Source of the DNA: Candidatus Saccharimonadota bacterium
Lineage (GTDB): Bacteria; Patescibacteriota; Saccharimonadia; CAILAD01; GCA-016700035
Length of the DNA: 64,000 nucleotides
NCBI GenBank assembly: GCA_046350755.1
Contig: JAXLZV010000001.1
Span: 544,823-608,822 of the forward strand
Direction of reading: 5' to 3'
The notes beneath the pieces are model-generated. The model searched no databases. It was not told the DNA's origin and saw only the letters and a program-made list of their open reading frames with translations. The translations under genes were made by a program, and so were the position numbers. Each line of letters begins with the position of its first letter. Position 1 is the first letter of the stretch. Positions 16,153-27,004 of the stretch are shown one piece after another.

Positions 16153-18484
16153 AAGCGGCTTGTGCTTTTTCTAGTCTAGCACGCTCGGAATTGATGACTG
16201 CGGCTGGTGCGTTGGCGACGAAATTCTCATTAGCCAGCTTGGCTTGAATAAGTTTCACATGCTGAGCTTTAGCAGCCAGTTCCTTTTCAAGCTTGGCTTG
16301 ATGCGCGGCATCAGCATCGGCGTGTTTAGCTGTTAGGATTTGGGTGATTTCAATCTCAAAGCGCTTGCACTGTTCGGTATCAGTTCGTATAATAGTATTC
16401 GGCCAACGTTCGGTAATAAGTTGTGAATCGGTCCATGGCAGCTCCTGCCAGATCGCTTCTGTTACGAAGGGGGCGAACGGATGGGCGAGTCGCAAGATGA
16501 CGTCCAGAACGTAGGTGAGTACCTCTGGGTTCAGAGACTGTTTGGCGTATTCTATGTAGCAGTCCGCGAACTCGCTCCAGAGGAGGTGATAGACAGTTTC
16601 ACCGGCCTCGGAGAAGCGGTAGCTATCGAGGTGTTTTGATGCGTTCTTGATGGCTGTATTAGTCTTCTCGATGATCCAATGATCGGCCGGCGAGTGAAGC
16701 TCGGGCTGCTTTGGAGTGTGATTATCTTCAAGGCGACCGGTGATAAAGCGAGCGACATTCCAGAGCTTGTTGCAAAAGTTGCGGTAGCCTTTGATCTTTT
16801 CCTCAGACAGCTTACCGTCATTACCAGGAGTGATACCGATAGAGAGCGCCAGACGCAGCGCGTCGGTACCGTATTCAGCCGTAATCTCTAAGGGGTCACC
16901 ATAGTTGCCCTTAGACTTTGAGAGCTTTTGGCCTTTTTCGTCGGTAACCATGCCCCACAGATAGACGTTCTCAAACGGAACTTCGCCCGTCTTGTAGAGC
17001 GAGAACATGATCATACGTGTCACCCACTTATGCAGGATGTCGCGGGCGGTAGCCATGACCGAAGTAGGGTAGTGGTTTTGCCAGTCATCACCAAGTGTCG
17101 TCATAAGTGTGGCGTAGGGCCATTGGCACGATGAAAACCAGGTGTCGAAGGTGTCGGTCTCAGCCCGATAATTACCTTCGCCGTAGTAGGCGATTGCTTC
17201 GTCTTCAGATTTGGCAATGATATAGGCAGCTTTGTCGGCGTCGTGGCTCGTCTTGTAGTACACAGGTATACGGATGCCCCACCAGTTTTGGCGGGAAATA
17301 CACCAGTCATGCTCATTCTTGAGCCATTCTAGCGCGATTTTCTTGAAGCGCTTCGGGTAGAGTTTGACTTGCTCCGTCTCGATCGCCTCGATGACTGGCT
17401 TATTGAGCTCAGCCATACGCATGAACCATTGTTCGGTAATGAGAGGCTCGATGACAGCTCCCGAGCGGTCCTGGATAGCGACCGAGTGGGTTATGGTTTC
17501 GCGGTTGATAAGTTTGCCAGCCGCTTCTAGGTCGGCTACGACCGCTTTACGTGCGTCATCAACCGAGAGGCCGGCGTATTTCTCGGGCACATTGATCATC
17601 TTACCCTCGAAATCAATTACGGTTAGCTGGGGAAGATTATGGCGTAAACCGATCTCATAGTCGTTTTTGTCGTGGCCTGGAGTAACCTTGAGCGCACCGG
17701 TGCCAAATTCCAGATCAACGTGCTCATCGGCAATGATAGGTATAGGTCGATCGACTAGAGGAATGGTGGCAGTTTGGGCGTTTAGGTCTGCGAAGCGATT
17801 GTCTTCCGGATTTACGGCCACAGCGACATCCGCGAATATCGTCTCAGGCCGGGTGGTGGCTATCTGGACGGTGCCATAGTCGAGCGTATATATCTCGTCT
17901 TCGCGTTCCACATGCTTCACTTCGATGTCGGCATAGGCAGATTGTGTAGACGGATCCCAGTTGACGATACGATTGCCACGATAGATATAGCCATCATCGT
18001 GGAGCTGCCTGAAGGTGTCGAGAACTATCTCGATAATATCGTCATCAAGCGTGTACTTGAGCTTGTCCCAATCTGCTGAGAAGCCCATCGACTGCATCTG
18101 CGGGACAATGTTGCCTTTGTGTTCTTCAACGAAGTCCCAGACTTCTGAGTAGAACTTGTCGGGGCCCAAATCGTGCCGACTACGACCTTCAGCTGCGAGC
18201 TTTTTTTCGAAGACAAACTGCGTTTCTGTGCCGGCGTGATCTGTGCCGGGTTGCCAGAGTGTCGGCCGACCCTGCATGCGGGCGTAACGGGTCATAATGT
18301 CCTCGACGACGTACATCAGGTGCCCGGCGTGCAAAGAGCCATTGGCATTTGGTGGCGGCATGATGATCGTGAACGGCTGCATATCCGGGACCGGGGAGTT
18401 CGATCCGAGTGAGTAGCTATTGTGTGACTGCCAGAGCTGGCGAATTTGCGGCTCGTACTTTTGCGGCTCGTAAGCTTTTTCCAT
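16112..18484 (-). CDS. valS: Valine--tRNA ligase
   Basis: PPPNANGSLHAGH, DWCISRQ, DTWFSS, KLSKS; C-terminal coiled coil. Confidence 0.97.
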   Translation of the reverse strand: MEKAYEPQKYEPQIRQLWQSHNSYSLGSNSPVPDMQPFTIIMPPPNANGSLHAGHLMYVVEDIMTRYARMQGRPTLWQPGTDHAGTETQFVFEKKLAAEGRSRHDLGPDKFYSEVWDFVEEHKGNIVPQMQSMGFSADWDKLKYTLDDDIIEIVLDTFRQLHDDGYIYRGNRIVNWDPSTQSAYADIEVKHVEREDEIYTLDYGTVQIATTRPETIFADVAVAVNPEDNRFADLNAQTATIPLVDRPIPIIADEHVDLEFGTGALKVTPGHDKNDYEIGLRHNLPQLTVIDFEGKMINVPEKYAGLSVDDARKAVVADLEAAGKLINRETITHSVAIQDRSGAVIEPLITEQWFMRMAELNKPVIEAIETEQVKLYPKRFKKIALEWLKNEHDWCISRQNWWGIRIPVYYKTSHDADKAAYIIAKSEDEAIAYYGEGNYRAETDTFDTWFSSCQWPYATLMTTLGDDWQNHYPTSVMATARDILHKWVTRMIMFSLYKTGEVPFENVYLWGMVTDEKGQKLSKSKGNYGDPLEITAEYGTDALRLALSIGITPGNDGKLSEEKIKGYRNFCNKLWNVARFITGRLEDNHTPKQPELHSPADHWIIEKTNTAIKNASKHLDSYRFSEAGETVYHLLWSEFADCYIEYAKQSLNPEVLTYVLDVILRLAHPFAPFVTEAIWQELPWTDSQLITERWPNTIIRTDTEQCKRFEIEITQILTAKHADADAAHQAKLEKELAAKAQHVKLIQAKLANENFVANAPAAVINSERARLEKAQAAYDDLSAALNQLEA

Positions 18485-18558
18485 GCTTTACAGCCTACCA
18501 ATTATCTGGTGTAGATGCTAGTTATGCTAAAATATCGGTAATTAACTAGCTTCATCCA

Positions 18559-19152
18559 ATGAATCCTCTAAGTTCCGGTAAAAAACTCACATACAGCATC
18601 GTCCCAGTGCTGGCGATCATAATGTGCTTAGGGTACGGAGCTCTCATTGTGCTGTTTATGCTGTATTTTGGCCCGTTCAGTCGAAGCTTTTTGGCAGGTA
18701 TTAACGGTCCATGGGATATGTTGATGGTGCTAACATTTATCCCTCTCTTTCTCATACTGTTTGCCATCTGGTTCAACTATCGGTTTATCCGTTGGATTTA
18801 TGGTAGGCCACAGGTAGATCGTTGGGCGTGGCGTCTGAACACCGCTATCGTTGGCTTGTCATGTGTCTTGATTGGGCTATCTGGACTCGGTGTGCTTGTG
18901 AACTTGGTGTCGGGCGGTAACCCCGGAGGCTTGCTCGGCTATATCCCAGGTGCGATCATGGCAGGGATCATGCTCTATCCTTACTGGTTGAAAAGGCAAT
19001 TAGCAGGTGTACTAGATGTCACTGAAATTACGGCTATATCACCTCAAGGCTTGAGTCGGCCGTCAACCCCACTTCCGTCCCAGTCAGCCGCTCAACCGAC
19101 AGCGCCCCAGAACCCTGTGCCGCCATCTGATACGCCAACGCCCCAATCATAG
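18559..19152 (+). CDS. Hypothetical 4-TM membrane protein
   Basis: Hydrophobic segments, Pro-rich tail. Confidence 0.55.
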   Translation: MNPLSSGKKLTYSIVPVLAIIMCLGYGALIVLFMLYFGPFSRSFLAGINGPWDMLMVLTFIPLFLILFAIWFNYRFIRWIYGRPQVDRWAWRLNTAIVGLSCVLIGLSGLGVLVNLVSGGNPGGLLGYIPGAIMAGIMLYPYWLKRQLAGVLDVTEITAISPQGLSRPSTPLPSQSAAQPTAPQNPVPPSDTPTPQS

Positions 19153-20116
19153 CCGCGTTATCAGTACAGAAGACTGGTGGTACGACTCGTGCGGTGGGAA
19201 TTGCCGCTAAAATGCCCTCGCGCAGCCGTTTATTCGCGCTGACACCGCCGCCAACCACGACGCTGGCTGGAGCATAGGCGTTATACGCACGGAGAAGCTT
19301 TGTAACGAGCGTTTCGGCCACGGTGCGTTCAAAGCTTGCTGCGATGTCGGAAATCGTTTCTGCGGGCAGCTGGTAGGTTTTACGGAGGTCGGCGAGGCCC
19401 GGCTGATCGCCGATAATGGCTTGCACTTGGCGCAACACGGCGGTTTTGAGCCCTGAAAAGCTAAAATCATAGCTGTCACCCAGATTAGCAATCGGGAATG
19501 TATATGCTCGATCGTTGCCGGTTTCGGCCGCCTTAGAGATATTCGGGCCACCCGGATAGGGGAGACCAAGGAGCTTGGCCACCTTATCAAAGGCTTCACC
19601 GGCGGCATCATCGCGGGTTTGACCAATCAATTCAAATGACAAATCCTTCTGGAACAGCATGATGCGTGAGTCGCCACCAGATACGATAAGGGCGAGCATC
19701 GGAAACTTGGGCTGCTCGCCATCTGTCAGAAAGCTGGCGTAAGCATGCGCTAAGATGTGATTTACGCCGATCAGCGGCTTCTGCTTCTCGACTGCTAGAA
19801 CCTCGGCCGTGAGTACGCCGATCAGCAGAGAGCCGATCAGACCAGGTCCGCGGGTAACGGCAATCGCGTCGATGTCATTCCAGGTGAGATCGGCTGTTTG
19901 CAGGGCTTCTTCGATCACAGGAATCACCACCTCAATATGGCTGCGGGCAGCCACTTCGGGTACCACGCCACCAAACTGAGCGTGCAGGTCAGCTTGAGAG
20001 GCGATCACATTCGCCAAGACCTCTCGTCCGTCGCGAATGATTGCGCAGGCGGTTTCGTCACAGCTGGACTCAAGGGCGAGAATGGTATGTAGTTTAGTGC
20101 CTATCATCTTGCGCAT
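19034..20116 (-). CDS. tsaD: tRNA threonylcarbamoyladenosine biosynthesis protein TsaD
   Basis: LALESSCDETA, PEVAARSH, DDAAGEAFDK, TDNAAMI. Confidence 0.95.
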   Translation of the reverse strand: MRKMIGTKLHTILALESSCDETACAIIRDGREVLANVIASQADLHAQFGGVVPEVAARSHIEVVIPVIEEALQTADLTWNDIDAIAVTRGPGLIGSLLIGVLTAEVLAVEKQKPLIGVNHILAHAYASFLTDGEQPKFPMLALIVSGGDSRIMLFQKDLSFELIGQTRDDAAGEAFDKVAKLLGLPYPGGPNISKAAETGNDRAYTFPIANLGDSYDFSFSGLKTAVLRQVQAIIGDQPGLADLRKTYQLPAETISDIAASFERTVAETLVTKLLRAYNAYAPASVVVGGGVSANKRLREGILAAIPTARVVPPVFCTDNAAMIGALAYQMAAQGSGALSVERLTGTEVGLTADSSLEVI

Positions 20117-20239
20117 AGTAGGGAATACTTTCCAGATTTGCAAGTGCGCCAAGAGGTCTAGGTGGTGAGAAAGTATGGGCACGAATAACCCCACCTTCTC
20201 ATGTGACAAGGTGGGGTGGTAATGTATTGCTCTTCTGGA

Positions 20240-20902
20240 TTAGTCCCAGTCTGGAGCAGCAGTAGTGATGTTCTCGCGCCACGGACCTGGTGGAACCTGG
20301 TCGAAATCAACGAATTCCCAGTCGGTCTTGATTATACCGATCGATAGATCGCCACCAGTCAGTGCCTTGAAGGCCGCTGGGGAGATGTCGAGAGCCGAAT
20401 CAACCTTACCGGATGATTCCTGACGCGGTCGGTTCGAGCCGAAGACGTAGCGGCAGTCATTCTCGTAGAGTGGGCCGACATCTTCCCATTGGACGTACAC
20501 GGTTTTATCACCGGCACTGACACGGATCCAGCGATTCTTGAAGGCCGAGCTAGAAGCTTTGGCTTTCCAGGGAGCGACCTGCCGATGGGCTAGGATTGGG
20601 CCGTTGGTGTCAAAGTCGGCACAGGGGAGCGCCGCGTAATAGAGATTGTCACAACCGGCTTGAATCACGGCTCGCTGACCATCCCGATCAACGCCGCACA
20701 TATGCTTGGCCCAATCGTCATACCAGGCAGAGCTTTCGTTCGAAATGCCGTGATCAGCTTCGCCGGCCGGCATACCAGCCTGAAAGTAGGTCGTTGCGAT
20801 GTCGCGATGGGCAGATAGAGTCTGAGTGTCGGACTTCGACTGTGAGCAGCCAACGGCCAGTGCGATGAGAGCAGCGACAAGGAGTAGTCGATAGGTGGGC
20901 AT
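20240..20902 (-). CDS. Lipoprotein with RlpA/expansin-like double-psi beta-barrel features
   Basis: Lipobox LAVGC; YAALP...WEDVGP...LDISPAAF. Confidence 0.55.
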   Translation of the reverse strand: MPTYRLLLVAALIALAVGCSQSKSDTQTLSAHRDIATTYFQAGMPAGEADHGISNESSAWYDDWAKHMCGVDRDGQRAVIQAGCDNLYYAALPCADFDTNGPILAHRQVAPWKAKASSSAFKNRWIRVSAGDKTVYVQWEDVGPLYENDCRYVFGSNRPRQESSGKVDSALDISPAAFKALTGGDLSIGIIKTDWEFVDFDQVPPGPWRENITTAAPDWD

Positions 20903-21029
20903 GACCAGATCTTTCGTTAGATGGGAACTGCGCGATTATATAATAAATATAGGATTTCTTCAAGACAGATGCTGGAGTGAAGTTGGAAAAGCCCCGCTTC
21001 TCTAAGCGAGAAATCGGGGCGTTAGGTCA

Positions 21030-21401
21030 TTAGTGGCCGTGTAGTCCGGCAATGAAGTGAAACCCTCGAGTTGGCGGCGGGTTCCACATGGCTGCTTCAT
21101 GGGCGTCGATCAGGGCGATGATCTGCTGGCTGCAATCCTGATGAGGATAGCTGGGGTGAAGAGCCTCTACGATTGCCGAGAAGGCCACCCCTGGCAGACT
21201 GCTTTCGCCGACATCGACCCAAAAATGGGTAATTGGGTGACGGATTTGCACCAGGAAAAGTGGTCGGGGGCTATCTTTGGTGCTCAGCTCGTGCCGAATT
21301 TCCTCGAGCAGTTTCTTCGAACTGCCATTTGGGCTGATGACGAGCGTGACGACCGAGCCGGTTGAGTAGAACAAGCGCAGGTGAATGTTGCCTTCACTCA
21401 T
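21030..21401 (-). CDS. Hypothetical protein
   Basis: ORF coupled to upstream gene (ATGA overlap). Confidence 0.45.
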   Translation of the reverse strand: MSEGNIHLRLFYSTGSVVTLVISPNGSSKKLLEEIRHELSTKDSPRPLFLVQIRHPITHFWVDVGESSLPGVAFSAIVEALHPSYPHQDCSQQIIALIDAHEAAMWNPPPTRGFHFIAGLHGH

Positions 21402-21607
21402 GGTGTCGCTCGACGATTTCGTTGGATGCGTCGCCAGATCCAGATTGGAATAAAGGCTCCGGTAAGCAAGATCGAGCCGATCATAATGGCTCGCAGAGTT
21501 GCAACTTCTTGGTCGCTGGTAGGGTGGGCCGTCAGGTGCTCCGATCGGCGTCTACCTGCCATCGAGTAGGGCGGACCAAGTGGCGGTTGTGGCTTGGATT
21601 CATCCAT
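21398..21607 (-). CDS. Small single-TM hypothetical protein
   Basis: SD GAGG, own promoter TTGATA-N17-TATAGT. Confidence 0.45.
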   Translation of the reverse strand: MDESKPQPPLGPPYSMAGRRRSEHLTAHPTSDQEVATLRAIMIGSILLTGAFIPIWIWRRIQRNRRATP

Positions 21608-21713
21608 GGCTACCTCTCGTAAGAAGGTGCGGAACGTAACTGGGCTACTATACAACCGACTCGGGGAAATATCAATCAATAATATCGCAGCTGTCTGTAT
21701 TACAATGGGAGCA

Positions 21714-22676
21714 ATGAAGCAGTACGATCCAACAGTCTGGGATGATGCGGTGGCCAAGCTTGGTGGCGGGGTGCTGCAGAGTAAAGCTTGGGCTGACTTT
21801 CAAGCGGTAGTTGGGCGAGATGCGGTGCGAGCGATGGAGGCGGAAAAATGGGCTTGGCAGGGCTTTATTCGAACGGCTCCACGTTTGCGCTATTTGATGT
21901 TGCCATACGGCCCGGTTATCGCCCGAGATGCGGCCGAGGCACTGGGTTCGCTGGTGTTTGCCGGTGAGGATCAGGACGCTGATTTTGTTCGTATTGAACC
22001 GATCGGTAATATTACGGCTGACGATCTGCAGGCTGTGGGTGCAAAAAAAATTAGCGAGGTTGAGCCGCAGTTTACCTTCGTAGTTGATCTCACGAAGCCT
22101 GAGGAAGAATTGAAGTCAGCTTTGGATTCGGGTCATCGTAATCGAGTAAATACCACCGAGAAGCGAGGTATTCGCATCGAGCAGATACGTGACACGAGTC
22201 CAACGCCTGATTTTCTGCGACTCATGCGCGATACAGCTTCACATGCTGGCATTAAAAATCACGCTGATAGCTATTATGAGCTGATGGCTGAGAGTCTGAT
22301 TGGGGCTGGGGTGGCGAGTTACTACGTATCGACAGTCGAGGGTCAGCCAGCCAGCATTAGCTTGGTCTACGACTGGGGTGGCAGGCGCTACTACGCCCAC
22401 ACTGGTAATGATCAGGCGCTGAATCGGCAGTATAAGGTTGCAGTGTCGGCCGTCTGGCGGATGATGCTTGATGCTAAAGCGGTGGGCCTTCGGTCGTTTG
22501 ATTTTTGGGGCGCTGCGCCCGATGATTCACCAGGGCACAAATGGGCTGGGATCACATCTTTTAAGAAAGGCTTCGGGGGTGAGCGGGTCGGCACGATTGG
22601 CACTTGGGACATCCCAATCCATAGGACGAAATATCGTACCTATACTTTGTATCGCAAGCTGCGCGGTAGAGACTAA
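21714..22676 (+). CDS. FemAB/FemX-family peptidoglycan bridge aminoacyltransferase
   Basis: LQSKAW, PYGPV, FVRIEP, FDFWG, GITSFKKGFGG. Confidence 0.9.
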   Translation: MKQYDPTVWDDAVAKLGGGVLQSKAWADFQAVVGRDAVRAMEAEKWAWQGFIRTAPRLRYLMLPYGPVIARDAAEALGSLVFAGEDQDADFVRIEPIGNITADDLQAVGAKKISEVEPQFTFVVDLTKPEEELKSALDSGHRNRVNTTEKRGIRIEQIRDTSPTPDFLRLMRDTASHAGIKNHADSYYELMAESLIGAGVASYYVSTVEGQPASISLVYDWGGRRYYAHTGNDQALNRQYKVAVSAVWRMMLDAKAVGLRSFDFWGAAPDDSPGHKWAGITSFKKGFGGERVGTIGTWDIPIHRTKYRTYTLYRKLRGRD

Positions 22677-22726
22677 ATAAGCAAAAAATTGGCCCCAGTC
22701 ACATGATTGTGACCGGGGCCCGGTGC

Positions 22727-23425
22727 TCAGACGAAGGTCATCGGCGTGAGCATCTCATACGTACCATCACCGTAGATGCGATCGAACTGGCGCTCGAAGA
22801 CCGCTTCAGTGGTGTCGGTCTCGAATCGGCTGACGCCGGCTTCGGCGTCGATGCCGAAGTCCGCTGGCTCGCACTTCCTGAACATCCGGGTTGCAGCCCG
22901 GCAGGCAGCCTGACGCTCCTCGGGTGAGAGGAACTCCTCCTTCATTGCGTGGACCAGCAGGTTGAAGGTGTTGAGGTGGAATTCACCATCCAGATAGGCA
23001 CGAACCATGGGCTGCGCCTTGGAGTTGTGGTGCAGGTTGTCGAGGTCGACGACCAGCGTTTGCAGCGCGCTGTAGCGCAGTGTGATTGGCTGACGCCCAT
23101 CGGTCAGGATGCGCGACGTAATGGTTGCGCGCCGGCGTTGCATCCTGGCGAATTGCACTCGTAGCTGGTCGAGGTTGAGGTGATACTCCTGCTCGACCGG
23201 CGAAGGCATCTTGCTGCTCTTCATGTTGCTGGTAGCCAGAGCGTGCTGCGCTCGCAGGGTCGCAAGGATGTCGATCAGCTCACGGATCTTGGCGAAATCC
23301 TGCTGAAAGGTCGCGTCGATGATGAGCTGGACGAAGCTGTGTGGGCTCTGATGAACGACCTCGAGGGCCGCTCGGATCTCTGAGCGATCGAGTACGGCTG
23401 GGTCGAAGGCAGTCGGTTTGGGCAT
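22727..23425 (-). CDS. Hypothetical GC-rich protein (stand-alone cassette)
   Basis: SD AGGAG, promoter 23461-23489, terminator 22685-22721. Confidence 0.65.
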   Translation of the reverse strand: MPKPTAFDPAVLDRSEIRAALEVVHQSPHSFVQLIIDATFQQDFAKIRELIDILATLRAQHALATSNMKSSKMPSPVEQEYHLNLDQLRVQFARMQRRRATITSRILTDGRQPITLRYSALQTLVVDLDNLHHNSKAQPMVRAYLDGEFHLNTFNLLVHAMKEEFLSPEERQAACRAATRMFRKCEPADFGIDAEAGVSRFETDTTEAVFERQFDRIYGDGTYEMLTPMTFV

Positions 23426-23524
23426 TTCTGCTCCTTGTTCTGGGGTAGGTACAGAATAATATATTACAATCTATATGCCATATAGTCAATGTATCAGCGG
23501 CGAATAAACAGGTATAATCAAATC

Positions 23525-24592
23525 ATGATTCGACCCGCTACACCTGAGGAACGTGACAGCTGGAATCAGCTCGTACGCGAAAATCCCGATACCGGCCATA
23601 TCTATCAGACGGTGGAGTGGGGTGCGTACAAAGCGGAGTATGGTTGGCGGCCAGAACAGTTAGTTTGGGATTATGGTACGGAACGGGTGGCATTCCAGAT
23701 GTTAGTAAAATCGGCCGCGGGCTTTGGCTCCATCTGGTATTGCCCAAAGGGGCCAGGGCTGTTTGGTCGTTACCAGACACAAAAAGGTGATGAACAACGC
23801 TTGCGGGCCTTTTCGAAGGAATTGGCTGATTATGTCCAGCTCAAGGATGCCCGCGCTTTTATGTTGATGGTTGAGCCTGAAGTGCTTGACGGTGAGCTCA
23901 AGCCGCAGAAGGCCGGTTGGCTGAAGAGTCCCCACGATCTGCAGTTTCGTGCCACTATTATTGTCGACATCGATCACCCTGATGAAGCACTGCTAGCGAG
24001 CTTTAAGCAAAAGACCCGCTACAATATTCGTTTAGCAACCAAGAAGGGGGTGACGATCGAGCCACGCCAGGCGACCGATGAGATGGTAGATCTCATGTAT
24101 AAGCTGATGGGTGACACTCAAGGGCGAGCCGGCTTTTACCTGCGGCCGAAGCAGGCCTTCAAGTCCTACTGGCAGAGCTTGGCACAGGCTGGCATGGGTC
24201 AATTCTTTGTAGCCGTGCATGAGAGTGAGGTGCTCGCCGCTGAATACGCGATGATATTTGGCGATAAGGCCTATTACAAAGAGGGTGGTTCGTCTGGGGA
24301 GAAGCGCAATCTGATGGCGCCATATCTGTTGCAGTACGAGGTGATGCGCTGGGCCAGAGATCGCGGCGCGAAGCAGTATGATCTGATCGCTGTGCCGCCG
24401 AAGGATAAGCTGCATCCAGAGCACTCGATGTATGGCTTGTATCAGTTCAAGAGTGGGTTTAATCAGGAGATCACGCAATTCATTGGCTGTTGGGAGTATC
24501 CCCTAAAACCCGCCGCCCATCAGCGCTGGCTGAAGAGTGAGCCAATTTTTCATAAGTTGTATCATCGCGTGAAGCATAATCTGTTCTGGTAA
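23525..24592 (+). CDS. FemAB/FemX-family peptidoglycan bridge aminoacyltransferase
   Basis: YQTVEWG, YCPKGP, KTRYNIRLA, GLYQFKSGF. Confidence 0.9.
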   Translation: MIRPATPEERDSWNQLVRENPDTGHIYQTVEWGAYKAEYGWRPEQLVWDYGTERVAFQMLVKSAAGFGSIWYCPKGPGLFGRYQTQKGDEQRLRAFSKELADYVQLKDARAFMLMVEPEVLDGELKPQKAGWLKSPHDLQFRATIIVDIDHPDEALLASFKQKTRYNIRLATKKGVTIEPRQATDEMVDLMYKLMGDTQGRAGFYLRPKQAFKSYWQSLAQAGMGQFFVAVHESEVLAAEYAMIFGDKAYYKEGGSSGEKRNLMAPYLLQYEVMRWARDRGAKQYDLIAVPPKDKLHPEHSMYGLYQFKSGFNQEITQFIGCWEYPLKPAAHQRWLKSEPIFHKLYHRVKHNLFW

Positions 24593-24634
24593 ACTCGCCA
24601 GCAGCCATTTCTCGAATAAGCTATAATACAGATC

Positions 24635-26002
24635 ATGAGTGCCGAACCGAGTGGAGACCAGCTAGCTAAGATCTTTCATGCCTATGATATTCGTGGGCTA
24701 GTGCCTGATGAGCTGAACGCAGATACTGCCCAGCGTATCGCCCGGGCTTTCGCTGACCAAATGCCGGAAGGGACGATCGCCGTCGGCCGTGATATGCGGA
24801 CGGATTCGGTCGAGCTCACTGAGGCTTTCATCGATGGGCTGGTCGAACAGGGCAGGGAAGTGCTCGACATCGGTATGGTGACTACCGATATGAGCTACTT
24901 CGCCGTCGGCCAGTATGATTTGGCTGGTGCAGCCATGATCACCGCTAGCCATAATCCTGGTCAGTATAACGGCATTAAGCTGACTGCCGCCGGGGTCGTC
25001 CAGCTCTCCGAGACGGGTGGCTTGAAGGCGATTCGCGAGGCAGTCGAAAAAGGTGAGTACAAGAAAACCGACGGCGAAGGCAAGAAACTCGAAAAGAATA
25101 TTTTGACCGACTGGGTGGAGCACTGCCTACGCTTTGCTGGAGGAGAGCTGAAGCCGCTGAAGATCGGTGTCGATGCCGGCAACGGTATGGGCTCGGTGCC
25201 GATCCCAAAGCTGCAAGATCTGACGCCGCTTGAGATCTCTGGTCTCTACATGGAGCTCGATGGGACGTTCCCCAACCATCCGGCGAATCCTATCTTGCCC
25301 GGTGCCATGGATGACTTGATTACGCTGGTGCAGCGCAATGAACTCGATCTAGGTGTAGCCTTCGACGGTGACGGCGATCGCGCCTTCTTCGTCGATGAGA
25401 CCGGCACACCGGTGAGTGCAACTGAGATAGCCGGCCTAATTACCAGTACGTTCTTGAAGGAAAACCCAAAAAGTACGGTTGTAGCCAATGTGGTGATTGG
25501 TGACGTGGTCGGGGAGACCGTGGAGGCGTTGGGTGGCAAGTTGATCGTCAGCCGTGTCGGCCACAGCTTCATGCAGCAGGTGATGCGCGAAGAGAACGCG
25601 CTCTTTGGCGCGGAGCACTCGGGGCATTTTTACTACCGAGATAACTTTTTTTGTGACTCGGCATTGATTACGGCCGTGATGGTGCTCGGCATTATGTCCG
25701 AAACTGGCCAGAAGCTATCGGAGCTTGTGAAGCCTTTCCGGAAGTACCCAGCTACACCTGAAGAAAATGTTGAAGTCGTGAATCCCGGAAATCTCATTGA
25801 GAAATTGAAGGCCAAATACTCTGATCGAATCGAACGCGAGATCGATGGGATTAATATCCGGACTGCAGATTGGCATGCCAGTGTGCGGCCGAGCAATACG
25901 GAGCCGTATGTGCGGGTGAACCTCGAGGCGAAGAACAAGACAAGCTTGAAGGCGGCTCAGGCCGAACTCATAACGACGATCCGCGAACTGCAGACTCACT
26001 AG
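24635..26002 (+). CDS. Phosphomannomutase/phosphoglucomutase
   Basis: AYDIRG, TASHNP, FDGDGDR, RPSNTEP. Confidence 0.95.
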   Translation: MSAEPSGDQLAKIFHAYDIRGLVPDELNADTAQRIARAFADQMPEGTIAVGRDMRTDSVELTEAFIDGLVEQGREVLDIGMVTTDMSYFAVGQYDLAGAAMITASHNPGQYNGIKLTAAGVVQLSETGGLKAIREAVEKGEYKKTDGEGKKLEKNILTDWVEHCLRFAGGELKPLKIGVDAGNGMGSVPIPKLQDLTPLEISGLYMELDGTFPNHPANPILPGAMDDLITLVQRNELDLGVAFDGDGDRAFFVDETGTPVSATEIAGLITSTFLKENPKSTVVANVVIGDVVGETVEALGGKLIVSRVGHSFMQQVMREENALFGAEHSGHFYYRDNFFCDSALITAVMVLGIMSETGQKLSELVKPFRKYPATPEENVEVVNPGNLIEKLKAKYSDRIEREIDGINIRTADWHASVRPSNTEPYVRVNLEAKNKTSLKAAQAELITTIRELQTH

Positions 26003-26014
26003 CAGGGGGCCATT

Positions 26015-26971
26015 ATGAACGCTGAGGTGAAACAACTCTCTGTCGAAGCTGCCGTGCTCGATGTAATAACCTATTTTGCTATCTTTGAGGTGTTGGTCGA
26101 TTTACCGAGCATCAATGCGTTACTGCCGGTGAAGGCCAGCCATCTTGCAGTCCAGGCGGCAGTGCGAGAGCTGATACGTCGGCGTAAAGTCCAGCGCTTA
26201 GGTGATGGCTATGGACTGACGCAGCTAACCTATGCTGGCGCGGAGAAGCGAGCCGCACATCGCGAGGAATTATTACGCCGGGCTCGCAAAGCTGGCAAAC
26301 TTATTGGTCTACTGCCGTTTGTAAAAGCCGTAGTTGTTGTAAACTCAGTGGCGATCGGTAATGTGCATGCCGACAGCGACATTGATCTCTTGATTGTTAC
26401 TACTCCAGGTAGAGTGTTTGTCGCCAAAGGCCTACTCTGGCAGCTCATGAAGCTTACCCGTCAGCTCGAGACCGAAGAGCGCAAGGCTGGCCGGTTTAGT
26501 CTCGGTATGTTTCTGACCACGCGGGGCATTGTCTTTGAGCGCGATACGATGAAGCAGAATGAACCTCACCTGATGTATTGGTTGATGACGGCTGTGCCGG
26601 TCTATGGTGATCGGCGGTGGTATGAGATTCTGCAGGGCAGTGCCTATGTGCGCTCGCATGCACCCAATTATCTCTGGCCACGAGGCGGTCGTTCGATCGA
26701 TCGGTCAGGTTGGAAACAGCTCGATGCCCTGGATGACCGAGGTTATAAAATTCACTTAAAGCATACGAGTCAGCAGGAGAAAAATCATACCCCCGAAGCT
26801 TTCGTACGAGTGCGACCAGATATTATTAACCTGCATGCTCAGGACGCGAGTCGCGGGATTGCAGAGCGCTGGCATAAATTGCGCGGCACGTGGGTCGAGC
26901 CAGATACGCAGCTTAAGCCGCTGCGAGCTACTGATAGCCCGCAAGCAACCCCTAAAAAAAAGAAAAAGTAA
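26015..26971 (+). CDS. Nucleotidyltransferase-domain protein
   Basis: NSVAIG...SDIDLLIVT motif; CPR-typical. Confidence 0.7.
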   Translation: MNAEVKQLSVEAAVLDVITYFAIFEVLVDLPSINALLPVKASHLAVQAAVRELIRRRKVQRLGDGYGLTQLTYAGAEKRAAHREELLRRARKAGKLIGLLPFVKAVVVVNSVAIGNVHADSDIDLLIVTTPGRVFVAKGLLWQLMKLTRQLETEERKAGRFSLGMFLTTRGIVFERDTMKQNEPHLMYWLMTAVPVYGDRRWYEILQGSAYVRSHAPNYLWPRGGRSIDRSGWKQLDALDDRGYKIHLKHTSQQEKNHTPEAFVRVRPDIINLHAQDASRGIAERWHKLRGTWVEPDTQLKPLRATDSPQATPKKKKK

Positions 26972-26975
26972 GCCC

Positions 26976-27004
26976 TTGACAAGTCGTGCATAAAAGCCTA
27001 TAGT
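26976..27004 (+). promoter_or_regulatory. Sigma70-type promoter
   Basis: TTGACA-N17-TATAGT. Confidence 0.75.
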
